Assembly (NCBI GenBank): GCA_044222065.1
Contig: JBGAOA010000074.1
Location: 1-20,564, forward strand
Length of the DNA stretch: 20,564 nt
Reading direction: 5' to 3'
Origin: Candidatus Eiseniibacteriota bacterium
GTDB lineage: Bacteria; Eisenbacteria; RBG-16-71-46
This document shows, one piece after another, positions 14,608 to 20,564 of the stretch. The notes beneath the pieces were generated by a model that did not search any database, was not told where the DNA came from, and was given only the letters and a program-made list of their open reading frames with translations. Every line of letters starts with the position of its first letter. Positions within the stretch are counted from its first letter, which is position 1. The translations under genes were made by a program, and so were the position numbers.

Positions 14608-15473
14608 TTCGATCCTCCGCTCGCGACGAACACGGAATCGGGGATGCCGCGGTTGATCGCGTAGTCGTCGAAGCGCATCGACAGGTCGAACGAGCGGCCC
14701 ACGGTCGGGATCGGCAGCGAGAAGCGGCCGCGCAGCACGACGCGCGCAAGCACCCAGTGGCCGTCCACGCGCCGGCGTTCGACCACCATGCGGTCCACGC
14801 CCTTCAAGATGATCGGCACGGGCGAGCGGTCGAACTCGAGTTCCTGGTGCACGATCACGAAGTCGTTCGTGTCCACCCACACCTCGCCGCGCGGATGTTC
14901 GAAGTCGAGCGAGCTGCGCGGTTCGAACTGGATGCGGTAGACGAGGCGGTTGCCGCCGAGCCAGTCGCGGCCGACGATGCGGAACTTGTACGCGCGCCGG
15001 CCTTCGGGCTGGAACGCGAAGTTCACGATCTCCTCGTCGGTGTCGGAGCTCACCTCAACGTTGATCGCGTGCCGGTCGTCGTCCTTCGGCGGCTTCAGCT
15101 CCCACTTGCGCAGCTCGATCGAGCGCACGCGGTCCGGCCGCTTCTTGAACACGCGCATCACGGTCTCGCTCATCAGCTCCGGCTGCTTGTTCTTCTCGGC
15201 AGTGTGCCGCACGAGGCGGAACGAGGCGGTGTAGGCCTGGTCCTGGATCGCCGAGTCGCGGCGGGCTTCGCCGGCGGCGACGCGATCGAGGATGTCGTCG
15301 AGCGTGAGGCGCTGCGCGCGCACGAACTGCGGCGGCAGTTCGGTGCGCATCGTGTCCTCCACGGCGAGCGTGGGCGTTCCGGAGCGTTGCGCGAGCGCGG
15401 TCGGAGCGGACGTGAGCGCGGCGGCGGCGAGCGCGGCGCCGATCACGGCGGGCGCGGCGGAGTGGAGCTTCAT
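14604..15473 (-). CDS. Secreted protein resembling the soluble (LolA/RseB-like) region of DUF5686 proteins, 289 aa
   Basis: ATG 15473. Signal peptide ..APTALA-Q. Pattern YKFRIVGRDWLGGNRLVYRIQFEPR..RGEVWVDTNDFVIVH, GHWVLARV, and C-terminal FDDYAINRGIPDSVF. Confidence 0.8.
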   Translation of the reverse strand: MKLHSAAPAVIGAALAAAALTSAPTALAQRSGTPTLAVEDTMRTELPPQFVRAQRLTLDDILDRVAAGEARRDSAIQDQAYTASFRLVRHTAEKNKQPELMSETVMRVFKKRPDRVRSIELRKWELKPPKDDDRHAINVEVSSDTDEEIVNFAFQPEGRRAYKFRIVGRDWLGGNRLVYRIQFEPRSSLDFEHPRGEVWVDTNDFVIVHQELEFDRSPVPIILKGVDRMVVERRRVDGHWVLARVVLRGRFSLPIPTVGRSFDLSMRFDDYAINRGIPDSVFVASGGSK

Positions 15474-15617
15474 CGGCCTCTCGTTCTCCTCGTTCGTTCG
15501 GGGTGCGGTGCGGGCGGAGCGCTACCACGCGCAGGCGGCCCCGGCAACCGCGTTCCGCCGGCGCGGGCTGCCGGTGTCCCGGGGCGTTCGCCGGCGCGAG
15601 GGCGGCCTGCCGCGACG

Positions 15618-15656
15618 TGCGGCGCACGCGCCACACCGCGCGACGCGTGCGCCACG
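15618..15656 (+). promoter_or_regulatory. Tandem palindromic sites, putative enhancer (UAS) for an NtrC-family activator
   Basis: TGCGGCGCACGCGCCACA (15618-15635) and CGCGACGCGTGCGCCACG (15639-15656) are related 18-bp imperfect palindromes 21 bp apart, about 75-110 bp upstream of a -24/-12 motif. Confidence 0.45.
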
Positions 15657-15728
15657 CGGCGCGGCGAAACACCTTCGAATCCGCCGCATTCGGGCCGACT
15701 TCGCGCGGCGTTCCAGCAAGGAGCCGAC

Positions 15729-15744
15729 CGGCACGGCACGTGCG
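15729..15744 (+). promoter_or_regulatory. Putative sigma54 (-24/-12) promoter
   Basis: CGGCACG-GCAC-GTGCG with GG 15730-15731 and GC 15742-15743, about 48 bp before ATG 15792 with GGAGGA SD. Confidence 0.55.
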
Positions 15745-15791
15745 ATGTGGGGAGTTCGTCGAACGAACCCTGGCCGCCCGGAGGACAACTC

Positions 15792-16676
15792 ATGCGACCT
15801 CGACTCATCTGGAGAGCGGTGCTCGGCGCGCTCCTGGCTCTCGCCGCGAGCGCGGCGACACTGGCTTTCGCGAACGTGAACGTCGCGCGCGCCGACGCGC
15901 CGACCGGTTTCGAATCCGCCACGCCCCCGAGCGGCGAACTCGCCGCGGGCTTCGTTCCGAAGCGCCCCGTGCCGCACGGCCGCGAGGACATGCCCGCGCC
16001 GCAGACGATCACGATCGAATCCGCGACGCCGCACGACGACGTGCCGTACAACGCCTCGACGCGCTATCGCCCGCGCTACGCCGGCCGCCGTTCGGGCCGT
16101 CCGGTGTACGCGGCGCCCGCGCAGGTGCACGCCGGCTTCTTCGATCCCGAGGGCAAGGGTGACAACGCCTTCGTGCTCGGCATCCGCGGCGGCCCGCTCG
16201 TGGACCCGCACATCCAGTTCGGCGGCGGCGTGGACTGGCACCACAAGTCCGAGAAGTCGCGCACGGTCTCGGGCGATCCCTATTCGCAGGGCGGCACGAC
16301 GATCTTCCCCGAGCGCGTGCTGTCGAGTGCCTCGAGCGACCTGCTGCCGATCTACCTCTTCATCCAGGTGAGCGGCGACGACAGCGCTCCGGTCGTGCCG
16401 TACGGCGGACTGAGCGGCGGCTACCACGTGCTGTTCCTCACGGCCGACGACTACACGACCGGCGAACGCTTCGACGCCACGTTCGGCGGCTTCATGTGGG
16501 AGGGCTGGGCCGGCGCAGCACTCCCGTTGTCGGGCCAGTCGCGGCTGTTCGGCGAAGTGTTCGTGCATCAGGGCGACGCCGAGCGCGACGTGCAGGACCT
16601 GTTCGGCTTCGAGTACCGCGAGCGCGTGTCGCTCGACGGCGTGGGCGCGCGCTTCGGGTTGAGCTGGGGGTTCTAG
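15792..16676 (+). CDS. Outer-membrane beta-barrel protein (OmpA/OmpW-like small barrel) with Pro-rich N-terminal linker, 294 aa
   Basis: ATG 15792 with SD. Signal peptide MRPRLIWRAVLGALLALAASAATLAFA. Barrel strands VHAGFFDP, IQFGGGVDW, VVPYGGLSGGY, RLFGEVF. C-terminal aromatic BAM signal GARFGLSWGF. Confidence 0.85.
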   Translation: MRPRLIWRAVLGALLALAASAATLAFANVNVARADAPTGFESATPPSGELAAGFVPKRPVPHGREDMPAPQTITIESATPHDDVPYNASTRYRPRYAGRRSGRPVYAAPAQVHAGFFDPEGKGDNAFVLGIRGGPLVDPHIQFGGGVDWHHKSEKSRTVSGDPYSQGGTTIFPERVLSSASSDLLPIYLFIQVSGDDSAPVVPYGGLSGGYHVLFLTADDYTTGERFDATFGGFMWEGWAGAALPLSGQSRLFGEVFVHQGDAERDVQDLFGFEYRERVSLDGVGARFGLSWGF

Positions 16677-16855
16677 GCCGGAGCCGTTCACGGGTCGCTG
16701 CTGCGAGCGTCCCTCGGCCACCCGATTCGGCGTCGCGAAGTCCGGCTGCTCCTCGACGTGGTGCACGACCACGACTGCGTCGCAGCCGGACTCCGCTTCT
16801 TGTCTCGGGCGGCCGAGGGACGCTCTCGCGACGCGGCCCGTGAACGGCTCCGGCC
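16676..16855. repeat. 180-bp imperfect inverted repeat (fold-back element)
   Basis: Arms: GGCCGGAGCCGTTCACGGGTCGC / GCGGCCCGTGAACGGCTCCGGCC (22/23); GAGCGTCCCTCGGCCACCCGA / TCGGGCGGCCGAGGGACGCTC (20/21); GCGAAGTCCGGCTGC / GCAGCCGGACTCCGC (14/15); CGTGGT / ACCACG around a 5-nt loop. Confidence 0.9.
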
Positions 16856-16930
16856 GACCGGGCGTCTCCCTCCAGCACGAGCGGGCCCGGCGGCGGCCGG
16901 GCCCGATTCGTTTCGGGGAGGCGGCGAGTC

Positions 16931-16959
16931 TTGCCGCGCTCGCACCCCTCCGTTACCGT
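16931..16959 (+). promoter_or_regulatory. Putative sigma70 promoter of nth-sppA
   Basis: TTGCCG (16931-16936)-17 bp-TACCGT (16954-16959), 10 nt before ATG 16970. No SD. Confidence 0.55.
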
Positions 16960-16969
16960 CGCGCACGCG

Positions 16970-17887
<918 letters not shown>

Positions 17888-17898
17888 CGGGGCCCGTC

Positions 17899-20343
17899 GT
17901 GCGCCGCCGGCTCGCGTTCGCTGCCGCCCTCGCGCTCGCGCTCGCGCACGGACGGATCGCCGCGGCGCAGGTGCCGGGGCTCTCCTGCGGCGAGCCGCCG
18001 CCCGAGCGTGCGCCATCGTTCGAAGGCTGGGACGCGCGCGCGGGCTGGGACGGCGCGAGCGGCTTCGAGATCAACCCCGCGCTCGCCGGGTTGCGCTATC
18101 CGCACGACCTCAGCGTCGCGTACACGGACTTCGACGGCGACGCGAACGCGTGGCGCGCGGCGCTGAACGCGCACGGCCTCGCCTTCGGCGCCGCGCACGT
18201 GCGCGACGGCCCGACGTCCGCGGGCGCGGGGCTCGCGTTCGGGGCGCCGCGCTTCCGCGCGGGCTGGGCGCTGCGCTGGACGTCGGCCGCGGGCGGCGGC
18301 GAGCGCACCGCGGACCTGCGCATCGGCGTGCTGTCGCGGCCCGCCGCGTGGGCGTCGTTCGGCGCGACCGCCGAACACCTCACGCAGCCGCGCCTCCTCG
18401 GGATTCGCGCGGCGCGCGAATACGGCGCCGGGGTCGCGCTGCGCCCGCTCGCGCTCGTTCCGTCGCGCGCGCACGACCTCGGCCCGCGCTTCACGGTGAG
18501 CGCCGACGCGGTGCTCGAGGAGCGCGCGAACCTCGACGCCGCGCGCTCGCGCTTCGGCGCCGAGCTCGAGCTGATCCCCGGGCTCGCGCTGCGCGGTTCG
18601 GTGGATCGCGACGGCTGGAACCTCGGCTTCGCGTGCTTCGGTCCGCGCTCGAGCGCGCGATGGCACGCCGCCTTCACCCCCGACGGCGTGCTCGCGAACC
18701 ACACGTACGGCGTTTCGATCCACGACGCCGAAGACCGCACCGCGTTCGCCTCGCGCGCCGAGCGCCGCGTCGCGACGCTGCGCCTCGGCGGCCACCTCGC
18801 CGACGAGACGATCGCGGACAACTCGTGGCTCGGCGGCGGCTCGACGGTGTCGGTGGCGCCGGTGCGGCGCGGGCTCGAGCGCGCGCTCGAGGACCCGCTC
18901 ACGCGCGGCGTCCTGCTCGAGCTGGGCTACGTGACGAACATGGCGCAGATCGAGGAGCTGAAGCCGTACGTCGCGCGGCTGCGCGCGGCCGGCAAGCCGG
19001 TCGTGGCCTACATCGAGTACGGCGGCGGCCGCGGCGCGCTCGACCTCGCGGCCGGGTGCGACCGCTCGTTCGCGAGCGGCGACGCGTGGTTCTCGGGGCT
19101 CGGCCTGCGCTCGGAGCGCCGCTACTACCGCGGCCTGCTCGACTCGCTCGGCGTGAAGCTCGAGCGTTCGTCGATCGGCGAGTACAAGTCCGCGTACCGC
19201 AACTACAGCGTGGACTCGACGAACGCCTACGACCGCGAGTCGCTCGAACAGCAGCTCGACCGCATCCAGGAGCTGTTCGTAACGTCGTTCCTCGCGAGCC
19301 GACCGATCCCGCGCGAGAATCTGCTCGCGGCGATCGACGGCCGCGCATGGGGCGCCGCGGGCCTCGTGAACCTCGGCGTGCTCGATTCGCTCGGCTACCG
19401 CGAGGACGCGCTCGCCGCACTCGGGCGGCTGTGCGGGCTCGGCGCGAAGCCGCGCACGGCGCCGCTGCGCGCGCTCGCGCCCGCGGCGCGCGAGTGGGCG
19501 CGGCCGACGGGGCTCGCGATCGTCTACGCGAGCGGCGCGATCGACGTCGGGCGCTCGGGCGGCGACCTGTTGAACGGTCCGTACATGGGCTCCGAGACCG
19601 TGACGCGCCAGCTCGAAGCGGCGTTCCGCCGGCGCGACGTGAAGGCGGTCGTGCTGCGCGTCGAGAGCCCGGGCGGTTCGACGAACGCGAGCGATCTCAT
19701 CCACCACGCGACGGCGCGGCTCCAGCGCGAGACGAAGAAGCCGCTCGTCGTGAGCATGGGCGGCGTCGCCGCGAGCGGCGGCTATTACATCGCGTGCGGC
19801 GCGAAGAGGATCTTCGCCGACCGCGCGACGCGCACGGGCTCGATCGGTGTCGTGTTCGTGAAGCCGTCGTTCGAGGGCTGGTACCGGAAGCGCGGCGTGC
19901 GGCAGGACGTGTTCGAGCGCGGCGCGTGGATGGGCGGCGAGTCCTACAACGCGGACTGGACGCCGGCGATGCAGGCGATCGCGGACTCGGCGATCGCGCG
20001 CACGTACGAGCGTTTCCTCGCGCGGGTGGCCGCGGGCCGCGGGCTCACGCACGATGCGGCGGACGCGGTCGCGCGCGGGCGCGTGTGGATGGGGGACGAC
20101 GCGAAGGCGAAGGGTCTCGTGGACGCGATCGGCGGCCTCGACGAGGCGATCGCCGAGGCGCGATCGCTCGCGCGGATCCCGGCGGGGCTGAAGCTCGCGC
20201 CGGCCGAGTACCGCCGGCCGCGCGGCTCGCTGCTCGAACGCGTGATCGGCACGGCGATCCGCGATGCGGTGGACCGCGCGTTCGGCGCGCGCGAATTCGC
20301 GGGGCCGGAGTATCGCGCGGAGCCGGAGTTGCTTGACGAGTAG
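17899..20343 (+). CDS. sppA: Signal peptide peptidase SppA (tandem S49 domains) with N-terminal beta-barrel-like domain, 814 aa
   Basis: GTG 17899, 11 nt after the nth stop. Signal peptide ..ALAHGRIAAA-Q. S49 motifs LRAAGKPVVAY, IGEYKSA (catalytic Lys), KAVVLRVESPGGS, KPLVVSMGGVAASGGYYIA (catalytic Ser), TGSIGV, GRVWMG..GLVDAIGGLDEAI. Start codon less certain than the product call. Confidence 0.9.
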   Translation: MRRRLAFAAALALALAHGRIAAAQVPGLSCGEPPPERAPSFEGWDARAGWDGASGFEINPALAGLRYPHDLSVAYTDFDGDANAWRAALNAHGLAFGAAHVRDGPTSAGAGLAFGAPRFRAGWALRWTSAAGGGERTADLRIGVLSRPAAWASFGATAEHLTQPRLLGIRAAREYGAGVALRPLALVPSRAHDLGPRFTVSADAVLEERANLDAARSRFGAELELIPGLALRGSVDRDGWNLGFACFGPRSSARWHAAFTPDGVLANHTYGVSIHDAEDRTAFASRAERRVATLRLGGHLADETIADNSWLGGGSTVSVAPVRRGLERALEDPLTRGVLLELGYVTNMAQIEELKPYVARLRAAGKPVVAYIEYGGGRGALDLAAGCDRSFASGDAWFSGLGLRSERRYYRGLLDSLGVKLERSSIGEYKSAYRNYSVDSTNAYDRESLEQQLDRIQELFVTSFLASRPIPRENLLAAIDGRAWGAAGLVNLGVLDSLGYREDALAALGRLCGLGAKPRTAPLRALAPAAREWARPTGLAIVYASGAIDVGRSGGDLLNGPYMGSETVTRQLEAAFRRRDVKAVVLRVESPGGSTNASDLIHHATARLQRETKKPLVVSMGGVAASGGYYIACGAKRIFADRATRTGSIGVVFVKPSFEGWYRKRGVRQDVFERGAWMGGESYNADWTPAMQAIADSAIARTYERFLARVAAGRGLTHDAADAVARGRVWMGDDAKAKGLVDAIGGLDEAIAEARSLARIPAGLKLAPAEYRRPRGSLLERVIGTAIRDAVDRAFGAREFAGPEYRAEPELLDE

Positions 20344-20564
20344 TCGTTGCCGCGGCGCCCGCACCGCGACGTCGCATCCGTGAAGCGCCGAGCGAAATGT
20401 CGTTCCGGGCCGCTCGCGTCACGCTACGGGACGAGGATCTGCCACCACGACCGTGCGGGACGAACCGAGCAAGATGCCCTTTCGGGCCGCTCGCCTCCGC
20501 ATCCTGCTCCGGCTCGCTACGTTTCGCCCGCGCTCCACCGTCCTGGCTCCGCGCGGGCTCGGCG

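Noticed and set aside
14600..14620. Frameshifted pseudogene joining the DUF5686-like halves
   Set aside because: The downstream ORF has its own SD, GTG start and signal peptide, with a standard 4-nt stop/start overlap.
14376..15791. N-terminal extension of the 766-aa ORF
   Set aside because: Antisense to real genes. The SD, ATG and signal peptide mark the start at 15792.
20474..20564. Possible CDS start MPFRAARLRILL at the window end
   Set aside because: No SD, only 30 codons visible, and it lies within the structured repeat-like segment.

Overview
Very GC-rich bacterial window with 14 supportable protein genes. I see no rRNA, tRNA, CRISPR array, transposase or phage genes. Gene content (FlgD/T9SS-type C-terminal domain, Ig+dockerin-like paralogs, DUF5686-like genes) suggests an FCB-related lineage such as Ca. 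Eisenbacteria; this is an inference. Left to right: (1) a minus-strand pair encoding a secreted beta-helix protein with a T9SS-type CTD and a TonB-dependent receptor, which runs off the left edge and is missing from the ORF track, preceded by Pho-box-like 11-bp repeats; (2) two tandem paralogous secreted Ig-like/dockerin-like proteins; (3) an ABC ATPase plus a giant ABC-permease/M1 aminopeptidase fusion; (4) a PhzF-family isomerase; (5) a small basic secreted protein behind a sigma54-like promoter; (6) a minus-strand operon with a split DUF5686-like outer-membrane pair and a DinB-like protein; (7) an outer-membrane beta-barrel behind a second sigma54-like promoter with tandem palindromic sites, followed by a 180-bp fold-back element; (8) endonuclease III with a histone-H1-like tail and a near-leaderless promoter, followed by an SppA protease fused to an N-terminal outer-membrane-type beta-barrel. 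The most promising leads are the barrel-SppA fusion, the apparently circularly permuted beta-helix/TBDR putative phosphate-starvation module, the 180-bp fold-back, the split DUF5686-like pair and the Ig-dockerin paralogs. Most long ORFs in the supplied track are GC-rich shadow frames.
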